A stretch of 32,000 nucleotides of DNA from Candidatus Hadarchaeota archaeon (GTDB lineage Archaea; Hadarchaeota; Hadarchaeia; Hadarchaeales; Hadarchaeaceae): assembly GCA_964514965.1 (NCBI GenBank), contig CAZETV010000002.1, forward strand, positions 1-32,000, written 5' to 3'. Under the pieces are notes generated by a model. The model was not told where the DNA came from. It worked only from the letters and a program-made list of their open reading frames with translations, and ran no database searches. The translations under genes and the position numbers were made by a program. Positions 23,932 to 32,000 of the stretch are shown here, piece after piece. Positions within the stretch are counted from its first letter, which is position 1; every line of letters starts with the position of its first letter.

Positions 23932-24648
23932 CTATGCTCTGAGCGTGTACGCGACGATTGATATTACATCGCTCGCGTCTTCAGCACGGTCGGGGATATC
24001 ACCTATCCCGTGGATGATGTTATTCAACTGAAATACACTGACAGGATCCAGTAGCTTTTCGTACGTAAAAACATCTGCAAGTAGAGATTGTTCCATAATG
24101 TCGGAGGCGTGCTCTAACTTGTCGGCTTCATTAGCCCTCGCTGTTGCGGCATCGATGTTCGACTCTAAGGAATCGATTGAGGACTTTAAAGTTTCTACTG
24201 TTTGAGTGGCTAGCCCAGCTATCTTGATCAGCCCCTCCCGGATAACTTTCGCTTTTCTTTCTCTTTTTTCTGCTTTCATGAGAGTACCGAGAAGCTTCTC
24301 CCTTAGCAAAACTGTGCGCGTTACCCCCTCAGCAGCATCAGCCACATTGTCGACTTGTTCCGCTAACCTTGCTAAGTCGCCCCTGAATGCAGGCAAAAAT
24401 GCCCCTTTGCTGAGATAAGAAGCGAACTTCCTCCTGCCCACATCTGCTTTCGTCTCAAGCGCGGAAACTTGCCTACCGAGGATTTGCGCTTTTTTCATAT
24501 CGCGTTCGGAGAAAAGAGCGTTGATCATTTCTTCAAATTTCTTCACTGTGTCTACAACAGCCCCCGCATTTTCCCTGAGAATCTTGAGCGTTTCTTTTTC
24601 CCTTCCCCCACCAATCCGCGAAATGCCAATCATCAGAATTTCTTTCAC
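23932..24648 (-). CDS. DUF47 / PhoU-like phosphate-transport regulator (TIGR00153-like)
   Basis: 238-aa all-helical ORF convergent with the PiT gene. The PiT + DUF47 pairing is widely conserved. Confidence 0.7.
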   Translation of the reverse strand: MKEILMIGISRIGGGREKETLKILRENAGAVVDTVKKFEEMINALFSERDMKKAQILGRQVSALETKADVGRRKFASYLSKGAFLPAFRGDLARLAEQVDNVADAAEGVTRTVLLREKLLGTLMKAEKRERKAKVIREGLIKIAGLATQTVETLKSSIDSLESNIDAATARANEADKLEHASDIMEQSLLADVFTYEKLLDPVSVFQLNNIIHGIGDIPDRAEDASDVISIVAYTLRA

Positions 24649-24687
24649 AGCCTCCCCTACGGTATTTCGACGGGGCGTCTTAAAACT

Positions 24688-25182
24688 TCACCTTCTAGGC
24701 CTCCGGACCAACATAGAGCCGCATATCTCACATCGGGAAGTCGCCGGCGTATACTTGCGATTGCAGGCGGGGCAGACCATCTCCCAACGCAACACCTCCT
24801 TTATCCCAGGCATGACGATGCGGTGGTAAAGAAGACCGAACAAACTCGCCAAATTCTGAATAGCATAATCGTCGGTCACGAGTTCCGGTTCTTCGCCCGC
24901 CTGTTTGAGATCCAACGCAAGTGCGAGCAACTTGATATCCACGGTCGAAACTAAATCTCCGGTTTTGGCGACTTTTTCCCTGATTTCTTTCAAGGTCTCT
25001 CTCAAAGGGTCAACAACCTTTACCTTGCCCGCAGCTACCGCCGTCTCGAGTTCGAGTTTCGAGCACAAATCCCTGGCCTCCTCAAGCACCTCCTGCACAG
25101 TCACCTGTTCTGCCTTGGCCAACCCGGGCACAAATCCTGCTATCACGGCGGAGGTGTCCAAAACATATACCTTGCGCGGCAC
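24688..25182 (-). CDS. nob1: Nob1-like PIN-domain endonuclease with C-terminal zinc ribbon (16S rRNA 3'-end maturation)
   Basis: N-terminal PIN motif (VYVLDTSAVI, ...VTDDYAIQN) and C-terminal CPACN...CEICGS. Confidence 0.7.
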   Translation of the reverse strand: MPRKVYVLDTSAVIAGFVPGLAKAEQVTVQEVLEEARDLCSKLELETAVAAGKVKVVDPLRETLKEIREKVAKTGDLVSTVDIKLLALALDLKQAGEEPELVTDDYAIQNLASLFGLLYHRIVMPGIKEVLRWEMVCPACNRKYTPATSRCEICGSMLVRRPRR

Positions 25183-25983
25183 TTACAGCTTCTCCCTCAC
25201 CTTGCAGTAGAATTCGCCCCACTCGAAGAAACGTGCTGGTTTATCCGAGCGATGGAATTTGGCTTTTCCCCCAGGCTTAAGTTTAGCCGCAATTTGGCCG
25301 TCCACGATTACGAATGCCCCGCGTTCCGGTCTGGTGGGTTCTATCTCGATACGGCTGTCTATGGGCACTACCAACGGGTTAGGGTTGAGGTAAGACGGAC
25401 ATATGGGCACAATCACAAAGACCTTAAGCCGTGGGTCAATTACAGGACCGCCAGCGGCTAATGCGTAGGCCGTGCTTCCGGTGGGGGTCGCCAAGATAAT
25501 GCCGTCCCCTTTAACGTCCGAAGTCAATTTGCCGTCAACGGATACTCTCAACGTAAGAGTTTTCCCAACTTTGGCAGAATACACCACTACATCATTCAGT
25601 GAGTCAGGCAATTTTTTACCCGCAGCTTCTCCAACTAACTTTTCTCGCTCTACGATTGGCAGTCTGCCCGTGACCAACATTCGAAGCGCCCGTTGAGCTT
25701 CAGTTGGCTTGACATCTGCCAGAAAGCCCCTCCCCCCGAGATTTATACCAAGTATCGGGGTTTCCGGTGCTTGTCGTTGAGCGAATAAAATTGTTCCGTC
25801 GCCGCCGATTGCTACAATTGCATTTGCCTTTTGAAGTGCCCGCGCAGTCACTCCACGCTTACCAAGTTTCCTAGCGACCTTCTGCTCAAGCAGGACCTCT
25901 TCTTTACTCAAGAACCCCAGCACACTTCGCACGAGTTTCAGGGCCCCTGGGACTTCCGTACGGGCGATTATTCCTATCCGCAA
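25183..25983 (-). CDS. nadK: NAD kinase
   Basis: GGDGT motif (AIGGDGTILFA), NLGGRGFL, and TPTGSTAYALAAGGP. Confidence 0.88.
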   Translation of the reverse strand: MRIGIIARTEVPGALKLVRSVLGFLSKEEVLLEQKVARKLGKRGVTARALQKANAIVAIGGDGTILFAQRQAPETPILGINLGGRGFLADVKPTEAQRALRMLVTGRLPIVEREKLVGEAAGKKLPDSLNDVVVYSAKVGKTLTLRVSVDGKLTSDVKGDGIILATPTGSTAYALAAGGPVIDPRLKVFVIVPICPSYLNPNPLVVPIDSRIEIEPTRPERGAFVIVDGQIAAKLKPGGKAKFHRSDKPARFFEWGEFYCKVREKL

Positions 25984-26083
25984 GTTTTCACCAGCTCAAG
26001 TTTTTCCTCCAAGGATTTAACGTTAAAGGTTTAGGCGACATCAAATTTTTAAGTGTGAGCTTAGATAATCAAGAGGTGTTTCA

Positions 26084-26476
26084 GTGACGAAAGAAATGAT
26101 CGAGATAGGCAAGCTTAAGGAGGGACGCTTCGTGATCGTTGACGATGAGCCCTGTCGCATCGTGGGTTTCTCCACTTCAGCTCCTGGAAAGCACGGGCAC
26201 GCGAAAGCGAAGGTCGACGCGATCGGCATTTTTGACTCGCAGAAGCGAAGCATAGTTCGCCCCACTAGCGCTAAGGTGGAGGTGCCAATAATCGAGCGGG
26301 GTGGTGCCCAAGTGCTCGCAATCATAGCGAATAATGCCCAACTCATGGATTTGACGACTTATGAGACATTTGAGCTTCCTATTCCAATGACTCTCCGCGG
26401 TGAGGTTCGCGAAGGCGTTGAGGTCGAGTACATTCAGGCGTTGGGTAGAAGAAAAATTGAACGGGTAAAAGGATAA
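26084..26476 (+). CDS. eif5a: Translation initiation factor 5A (aIF-5A)
   Basis: Hypusination loop STSAPGKHGHAKAKV. GTG start at 26084 with GGTG 6 nt upstream, and the ATG at 26096 as the alternative. Confidence 0.9.
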   Translation: MTKEMIEIGKLKEGRFVIVDDEPCRIVGFSTSAPGKHGHAKAKVDAIGIFDSQKRSIVRPTSAKVEVPIIERGGAQVLAIIANNAQLMDLTTYETFELPIPMTLRGEVREGVEVEYIQALGRRKIERVKG

Positions 26477-26523
26477 CTAAAAAAATAAAAGAGGGACGAT
26501 ATTAAAAATAAAAATTAACGTGC

Positions 26524-26688
26524 TTAAACATCGACCCTTCTTAAAGTCTTTCTTCCATTTCCTTTCGCTCTTTCTACAGCTCTCTTGCACCTTCGCTTTA
26601 TCAGCGCATCCAATTCATTAAAGAAATCGTCGCTTGCCCTCATGCCTTTGATCAAATCCCTAACGGCGGATTTTACGATGTAGGCCAT
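26524..26688 (-). CDS. Small DUF1931-like (histone-fold-like) protein, 54 aa; absent from the supplied ORF track because it is under 60 aa
   Basis: My own translation: MAYIVKSAVRDLIKGMRASDDFFNELDALIKRRCKRAVERAKGNGRKTLRRVDV*. GGAGGTG lies 5 nt upstream of the ATG, TTTAAATA lies further upstream, and T-runs follow the stop. Confidence 0.55.
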   Translation of the reverse strand: MAYIVKSAVRDLIKGMRASDDFFNELDALIKRRCKRAVERAKGNGRKTLRRVDV

Positions 26689-26759
26689 TCATACACCTCC
26701 GATTTGTTTATTTATTTTGAATTTACAGGCTATTTAAACGTAGTTATTTGGGGTCTAAT

Positions 26760-27611
26760 TCATCGTTTGCGCTTGAATTCGATGAATAGTTTTCGCATCT
26801 CCTCGCGCGGCATTTCATAACTGTGCTTCAATGTCGGAAATTTGCCAGTCTTGACTTCCCGTTTAAAATCCCCCAGTGCTTTCATCACCGCATCGTCGAG
26901 CTTTGTATAGCGCTTGACGAACTTCGGTACGCTAGGGCCAGTTAAGCCGAGCAAATCATGGATCACGAGCACTTGGCCGTCACAGTAGGGTCCCGCACCG
27001 ATTCCTATCGTGGGAACCTCTATCTTTTCGGTGATGAGCTTCGCCAGCTGCCAGGGAATGCATTCAATCACCAAGCTGAACACCCCCGCCCGCTCCAACC
27101 TTTGCGCGTCCTTGAGAATTGCATATGCGTTGGACTTGGTTTTTCCGCGAACCTTAAAACCGCCGAACTGATGAACCCACTGGGGTGTCAGGCCGAGGTG
27201 CCCCATGACCGGGATACCTGACTGGATGATTGCTTTAACTTTTTTGACCATGCCGAGGCCGCCCTCCACCTTCACAGCTTCTGCGTGGCCCTCTTTTATG
27301 AAGCGGCCGGCGTTCCTAATTGCATCCTCCACGCTCGCTTGGTATGACATAAATGGCATATCACCGACCACTAGGGCGTGTTTCACTGCCCTCGTTACTG
27401 CTTTCGTGTGGTGGATCATCTCGTCCATGGAGACGGCAAGTGTATCTTTATAACCGAGCATGACGTTGGCTAATGAGTCCCCGACCAAGATTGCGTCTCC
27501 TCCCGCCTCGTCTACCATGCGGGCGGTTGGATAGTCATATGCCGCCAACATGACCACGCGTTCACCGCGGTCTTTCATTTCCCGAATGACGGTCGTCGTG
27601 ATTTTCTCCAT
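26760..27611 (-). CDS. panB: 3-methyl-2-oxobutanoate hydroxymethyltransferase (ketopantoate hydroxymethyltransferase)
   Basis: MLAAYDY, ILVGDSLANVMLGY, VVGDMPF and VKVEGG motifs. I prefer the ATG at 27611 (MEKITT...) over the extended track start at 27686. Confidence 0.85.
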   Translation of the reverse strand: MEKITTTVIREMKDRGERVVMLAAYDYPTARMVDEAGGDAILVGDSLANVMLGYKDTLAVSMDEMIHHTKAVTRAVKHALVVGDMPFMSYQASVEDAIRNAGRFIKEGHAEAVKVEGGLGMVKKVKAIIQSGIPVMGHLGLTPQWVHQFGGFKVRGKTKSNAYAILKDAQRLERAGVFSLVIECIPWQLAKLITEKIEVPTIGIGAGPYCDGQVLVIHDLLGLTGPSVPKFVKRYTKLDDAVMKALGDFKREVKTGKFPTLKHSYEMPREEMRKLFIEFKRKR

Positions 27612-27748
27612 CTTTGATTCCTCAAATCGTTCACATGTAAGTTGGTAACATCGAATAAAAAAACTGCGGCTGGAACCCAACCACAAACATATTTTTTGCC
27701 AACAGGTGTATTTACATCCAGATTTAACTTTTTTCTTCTAAGCGATTT

Positions 27749-28522
27749 TCACAGGTCGCGGACGAGTTTTAGGGTATTTTTATGAACCCTCCCGTTGGAA
27801 AAGACTAAGTCAGACTTTTCAGTCTTCCATACTCGGCCCCTGAAATCGGTGACCTTGCCTCCAGCCTCTCGAACCAACAGCACACCGGCAGCGACATCCC
27901 AAGGTTCGATCTCTGTGGTGATGTAGGCGTCTCCCCTCCCGCAGGCGACCCATGCGGACTCCAAGCCAGCCGAGCCCAACTTTCGGAGATCCCTCACCTT
28001 TGGATAAATCGCGCCGTTTATCTCGCTTGTCCTAAGCCTGTTTTTTTCTCCCCCTTCACAGGAGTAGACGTAACATTTCCCCAGCTTCTCAGTGGTGGAA
28101 ACCGAAATTCTCTCTCGGTTTAAGAAAGCGCCCTTATCCTTTTCCGCGATGTAGAGCTCGTTAATGGTTGGGGCATAGGTTACCCCCAAGATAGGCTCGT
28201 TTTTCCTCAAGAGTGCGAGGGTCACGCAATAGAGCGGGTTGCCGGAGGCGAAATTCACCGTTCCATCGAGCGGGTCAACTATCCACGTGTATTCGGAGTT
28301 TCTGTTGATAACCCCGCTCTCCTCGGTCCAGATATTGTAAGCCGGGTATTTTTCCGAGATGGTCTTGACAATCAATTTATCTGATTTCTTGTCGTGCTCT
28401 GTGATGATCCCCTTAACTGTTTTACGGAGGCTGAGCAGCTTCCGATCCTTCCTGAAGTAGGCGGCCAACTCTTTCCCTGCTTGCGTGGCCAGTTCGACAG
28501 CAAATTTTTGATCTGATCCCAT
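27749..28522 (-). CDS. suhB: Inositol monophosphatase / fructose-1,6-bisphosphatase family protein
   Basis: TEESG, WIVDPLDGTVNF and WDVAAG motifs. Confidence 0.8.
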   Translation of the reverse strand: MGSDQKFAVELATQAGKELAAYFRKDRKLLSLRKTVKGIITEHDKKSDKLIVKTISEKYPAYNIWTEESGVINRNSEYTWIVDPLDGTVNFASGNPLYCVTLALLRKNEPILGVTYAPTINELYIAEKDKGAFLNRERISVSTTEKLGKCYVYSCEGGEKNRLRTSEINGAIYPKVRDLRKLGSAGLESAWVACGRGDAYITTEIEPWDVAAGVLLVREAGGKVTDFRGRVWKTEKSDLVFSNGRVHKNTLKLVRDL

Positions 28523-28674
28523 TTTGCCATGCTCCCTGCTAGCCTAACATTTACCAAAACTAGATGATTGTACTTCCTCTAAAACTTTGCACGTTCTACT
28601 TTTGCAGTGAGGGCGAACTGCATTGGACTATCCCAATTGCAGCCCACATTTTTTAATATTCAGTATATACTTAA

Positions 28675-28703
28675 TTTTCAGAAAAGTTTAAATACTCTGA
28701 AAA
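28675..28703 (+). promoter_or_regulatory. 8-bp perfect inverted repeat TTTTCAGA-N13-TCTGAAAA bracketing a TTTAAATA TATA box upstream of the AbrB-like gene
   Basis: Read directly. The arms are at 28675-28682 and 28696-28703, the TATA-like element at 28687-28694, and the ATG at 28728. Confidence 0.45.
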
Positions 28704-28727
28704 TTAGTACTTGACAGGTGATACGAA

Positions 28728-29000
28728 ATGCCCAAGAAAGGGTCTTACCACGTGCCGACGAACGAGGAAACCGGCTGCTGTAAAGCTGAGTCATTAATAA
28801 CAGTAGATGGACGGGGACAGATGGTGCTTCCCAAAGAGATAAGGGACAGGGCAAAAATTCGTCCAGGTGATAAACTAGCCATTGTAAGCTTGGAAAAAGA
28901 CGGGGAAATATATTACATCTATTTAATTAAAGCTGAGAAAATCGCAGAAATGTGTAAGAGTTTACTCGGCCCCGTGATGAAAGAAATAATCTCAAAATGA
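28728..29000 (+). CDS. AbrB/MazE/SpoVT-type DNA-binding protein with an N-terminal vicinal Cys-Cys motif
   Basis: Looped-hinge-helix core VDGRGQMVLPKEIRDRAKIRPGDKLAI, preceded by EETGCCKAES. Lies 31 nt upstream of arsM on the same strand. Confidence 0.75.
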   Translation: MPKKGSYHVPTNEETGCCKAESLITVDGRGQMVLPKEIRDRAKIRPGDKLAIVSLEKDGEIYYIYLIKAEKIAEMCKSLLGPVMKEIISK

Positions 29001-29031
29001 TGATGGCAAATAACTCTGGAGATGACCAAGA

Positions 29032-29862
29032 ATGAATAATGAAAAAATAAAGAAACCCGTAAGGGAATACTACGCTAAAGTAGCGAAACAGAGCTGCTCA
29101 TGCTACATCCCTGTAAAATCGCAGTGCGGTGTGTGTGGCTCAACACAGGATATGATGGGGTACACCGATGAAGAACTTAAAGGAGTCCCTGAAGGTTCAA
29201 TTTTGGAACTTGGTATTGGAAACCCTGTTGCCCCCGCGTCTTTAAGAAAAGAGGAGATAGTCCTTGACCTTGGTTCAGGCGCAGGACGTGATTGTTTTAT
29301 CGCCGCCAACAAAGTTGGTAAGAGTGGAAGAGTTATCGGCGTAGATATGACACCAGAGATGATCGACAGAGCAAGAAAAAACGCGGAGAAGAGTAACTAC
29401 AAAAATGTTGAGTTCAGGCTCGGAGAAATCGAAAACCTACCGGTTGCCGACAATTCCGTTGACGTAGTCATCTCAAATTGCGTTATCAACCTTGTGCCTG
29501 ACAAAAGAAGGGTCTTAAGGGAGATGTTCAGAGTGATGAAGCCTGGAGGAAGGTTCGTAATCTCAGATGTAATTCTGCTGAAGGAACTTCCCGATTTCGT
29601 GAAGAACTCTGTTGAGGCATATGCTAGTTGTCTTGCGGGAGCGGTCATGAAGAACGAATTTATGGAAGCGATAAATGCAGCGGGCTTTCAGGACGTTAAA
29701 GTGATCGACGAGGTATCATCCCTTACGGAGAGTGTGCTCGACCATCCAACCGCAAAGACAATCATCACAAATTCCAAAATACCACTTAAAAAAGTAAAAG
29801 ATATGGTAATCTCTGCTGGAAGAATAAGAGTTTACGGTGTTAAACCAAACGACAAAATTTAA
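29032..29862 (+). CDS. arsM: Arsenite S-adenosylmethionine methyltransferase
   Basis: SAM motif VLDLGSGAGRDCF, DVVISNCVINL and YASCLAGA (the two conserved catalytic Cys contexts), and an N-terminal Cys cluster CSC...CGVC. Confidence 0.8.
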   Translation: MNNEKIKKPVREYYAKVAKQSCSCYIPVKSQCGVCGSTQDMMGYTDEELKGVPEGSILELGIGNPVAPASLRKEEIVLDLGSGAGRDCFIAANKVGKSGRVIGVDMTPEMIDRARKNAEKSNYKNVEFRLGEIENLPVADNSVDVVISNCVINLVPDKRRVLREMFRVMKPGGRFVISDVILLKELPDFVKNSVEAYASCLAGAVMKNEFMEAINAAGFQDVKVIDEVSSLTESVLDHPTAKTIITNSKIPLKKVKDMVISAGRIRVYGVKPNDKI

Positions 29863-29871
29863 ACTAAATCT

Positions 29872-30984
29872 TTAACGCTTACTCAGAAACTCCTGCCCTT
29901 CGACTTCCTTGAGCTTCGCAGGCATGTATTCATTGACCACATACGCCAAGCCGTACTTCGCGAAAGCCTGCTGCTCTGCTTTTCTCCCGAGCTCGAGCAT
30001 CTTCTTGATTTCGGACTGCCAGAACTCGGTGTTGTAGCGCGGGTCCTTAAGCAGCTGCTTTAGACGCGCGATATCGAGCTCGCGTAGTTTGTCGGTCGGG
30101 AGCTTGTAGTTAACGATATCGCTCGCTGTGACTCCCAAGTACTTCGCGTCTGGAACCGCCAGCTCGTGGTTGATGTAGGCAAGCTTCGCGCTGCCAGAGA
30201 TAATCACCATTGCGATATGAAAGCCGAAAGGATCTCCATCACAGTTCAGGTATACCGGTAGCCCCAGCTCCTCGTTTGCCTTCTTAAGGAACCGTCTAGT
30301 CGCGCGAGCTGCCTGACCCTTGAGCCCGACTATCAGCGCGTCGAACTTCTTCCACGCTTGTTCCTGCACGAGACGGTGGTACATACCCATGGTCTCAACC
30401 GCGATCACTTGCTTCGCTTTGCACTTGATGAATTCAACATCGTCTATGGTCGGCGGGATGGTGTACCCTGCACGTCCTGCCTTGGTCGCGTCTATTACAA
30501 CTCCATCTTCGTCGACCACCAGCTTACCATAGACTGCTGCTCCATCTTCTTCGGGAGTCAAGCCCAAATCTTCGCGCTTGAGACTGAAGGCCGCCTCTAA
30601 ATCCTCTATGATTGCGTCAGATTCTCCTTGATCATAGAATGGACCAACCTCCCAACCCTCGGCTGTATAATACATCTCCCTGAGGGTCGCGAATTTCCCT
30701 TGTTCGATGAGTTCCTTCGCGAAGTCAGCCGTGCATAAAAGTTGAGCGAATTTCTTCACCTGTTTCATACTCCCTGCTGAGCGCACTCCCCAGCGCGGTC
30801 CGAGCACGAAGTACCGGTGGGAATTGTCATAGATGATGTTAGAGGTGCTTCGCGAGGGGATTTTTAACTTGGGAGGGTGGGCATTCGTAATATCATTCAC
30901 TACATCTTGACCCATATCGGTGAGCTTTTTTGACGCCTTCTGCCTGTGCCCCTGCCCCCGCGCTGTTTTAACTTTCTTCGGCAT
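29872..30984 (-). CDS. top6A: DNA topoisomerase VI subunit A (Spo11-like)
   Basis: [11 protein letters not shown] region (the catalytic Tyr context) and a Toprim region ([13 protein letters not shown], ...[13 protein letters not shown]). The ATG at 30984 has GGTG 8 nt upstream, and the GTG at 30996 is the alternative. Overlaps the top6B 3' end. Confidence 0.9.
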   Translation of the reverse strand: MPKKVKTARGQGHRQKASKKLTDMGQDVVNDITNAHPPKLKIPSRSTSNIIYDNSHRYFVLGPRWGVRSAGSMKQVKKFAQLLCTADFAKELIEQGKFATLREMYYTAEGWEVGPFYDQGESDAIIEDLEAAFSLKREDLGLTPEEDGAAVYGKLVVDEDGVVIDATKAGRAGYTIPPTIDDVEFIKCKAKQVIAVETMGMYHRLVQEQAWKKFDALIVGLKGQAARATRRFLKKANEELGLPVYLNCDGDPFGFHIAMVIISGSAKLAYINHELAVPDAKYLGVTASDIVNYKLPTDKLRELDIARLKQLLKDPRYNTEFWQSEIKKMLELGRKAEQQAFAKYGLAYVVNEYMPAKLKEVEGQEFLSKR

Positions 30985-32000
30985 TATCGACACCACTTAC
31001 CTTTTTCAATAAAGGTTTAATATCCGGTTCCTTCACCCTTGCTAAACTCGCGGCCTTTTGAGCAATTATCGGCAAGTACCGCTCGAACACCCCCGCTCGC
31101 TCCTGTCGCTCCTTAATCTTTATCTTTCGATAGAGGAACTTTCTGAGTTCGCGCGCAACCTCCATAATCGCTGTTCTTATTTCATCCAAGACTTCCGGCT
31201 CATCGGCTATCGACTGCTTGCCCGCCGATGTGTAGGGAACGTAGGCCGAGGCGACGTTCACGAAAAGGGTTAATTGGGCCGTCGCTGGGTCGACCCCATA
31301 GCGGCGCCAATCGATGTTCCGCATAGCCGTAGTTATCGCACACCCGCCTTGATCGAAGATGAGGGGCGCGCGATTAGCAAATCGTATCAATTCCATCCCG
31401 GCTTCGCCTTCATCATTCCCTGTTGTTTTGCCAGCACTTCCACCATATGCGATACCAGCTTCGACTATGAATGGTAAACCACCGCGGTATACCTTCGGGG
31501 GACGATTGATCGCGTGGACGAACTCAGGGTTCAGAATCTGCTTCATGCCACTCTCGATGTCGGCTGCCCCTATCGGTCGTAGTCCAGATGTGGGTGGTGC
31601 ATACAGCTTGACCTGTTTGAAAGCGGAAACTATGCGCTCAGCCTCTTCCCATATCAGTTCGGAAGGTTTCTTGTTAAGGGGGAGGTTAACAAGCTTGCAT
31701 ACCTCTTCAGCTTTTCGCTTACTCACTCGGGATAGCTCTGCCGCGAGGAAACTGACAACGTTCCGGCTTTTGGTATGTTTCGCCAGGATCAACAAATCAT
31801 CAGACATTATGCCCCACGGGTGGAGCGGCATGGGTTTTGGGCGCTCAGGAACTTTTTCGGTGGCGGGTTCTAAAATGGTGAGTGTTCCATCAGGCTCAAT
31901 GAAGGTTATATGGACATGGGGGTTTGCTATGGCGGTCATTCGTAAGTAGTTGTATGGGCCATAGCGAGAGCGCATGTAAGCGACATCCTTTACTTCGACT
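30968..32000 (-). CDS. top6B: DNA topoisomerase VI subunit B, C-terminal part (N-terminus lies beyond the window end)
   Basis: Transducer-domain-like sequence upstream of top6A. The reading frame stays open to the window edge. The GHKL ATPase N-terminus is not in the window. Confidence 0.85.
   Translation of the reverse strand, partial: VEVKDVAYMRSRYGPYNYLRMTAIANPHVHITFIEPDGTLTILEPATEKVPERPKPMPLHPWGIMSDDLLILAKHTKSRNVVSFLAAELSRVSKRKAEEVCKLVNLPLNKKPSELIWEEAERIVSAFKQVKLYAPPTSGLRPIGAADIESGMKQILNPEFVHAINRPPKVYRGGLPFIVEAGIAYGGSAGKTTGNDEGEAGMELIRFANRAPLIFDQGGCAITTAMRNIDWRRYGVDPATAQLTLFVNVASAYVPYTSAGKQSIADEPEVLDEIRTAIMEVARELRKFLYRKIKIKERQERAGVFERYLPIIAQKAASLARVKEPDIKPLLKKVSGVDNAEES

Noticed and set aside
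27612-27686. 25-codon extension of panB in the track.
   Set aside because: The sequence is unlike PanB N-termini, whereas MEKITT...MLAAYDY from the ATG at 27611 fits the family.
28990-29040. ATGATGA (C-box-like) motif between the abrB-like gene and arsM, and GTGATGA at 30-36, considered as C/D-box sRNA candidates.
   Set aside because: No CTGA D or D' boxes lie at the appropriate spacing, and there are no terminal complementary stems.
1-32000. CRISPR arrays, rRNA genes, and long tandem or dispersed repeats.
   Set aside because: Scanning by eye found no regularly spaced direct repeats and no rRNA-like sequence. The only significant repeat found is the 29-nt tRNA 3'-end duplication.

Overview
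This is an archaeal chromosome segment. Diagnostic genes are topoisomerase VI A/B, aIF-2 beta, aIF-5A with the hypusine site, Cgi121, Nob1, a GHMP-type shikimate kinase, and ADH synthase plus DHQ synthase II. Layout: (i) 255-9752 is a ten-gene divergent aromatic-amino-acid supraoperon covering every step from ADH synthase to prephenate dehydratase/dehydrogenase. It ends in a chorismate mutase fused to a putative HTH+ACT regulatory module. (ii) 9.8-14.4 kb holds housekeeping genes (DUF424, aIF-2 beta, an RPA32-like OB-fold protein, Cgi121) and a PhoU/RCK_C regulator with two membrane-only MgtE-like genes. (iii) 14.4-15.9 kb is an AT-rich block with a metallophosphoesterase. (iv) 15.9-21.0 kb is the stand-out region: a GC-richer ~5.1-kb segment bounded by a 26/29-identical direct repeat of the 3' end of an insertion-containing tRNA-Leu(CAA) gene. 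It carries one co-directional operon: an ArsP-like CxC permease, a P3A-type (H+-ATPase-like) P-type ATPase, three tandem translationally coupled thioredoxin-fold paralogues (CVKC / CPGC / CSGG) and an ELCVC ArsR. A 28-bp palindrome lies over its TATA box and start codon, and there is no integrase. (v) 21.1-28.5 kb holds an M28 peptidase with membrane-hairpin insertions, an MJ0936-type phosphodiesterase, a PiT + DUF47 pair, Nob1, NAD kinase, aIF-5A, an unlisted 54-aa DUF1931-like ORF, panB and an IMPase. (vi) 28.7-29.9 kb holds a Cys-Cys-containing AbrB-type regulator and ArsM, with an inverted repeat bracketing the TATA box. (vii) Topo VI A and B close the window, with B truncated at the window end. 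I saw no CRISPR array, rRNA, transposase or integrase. All family assignments come from motif recognition by eye, since no database search or folding program was available.
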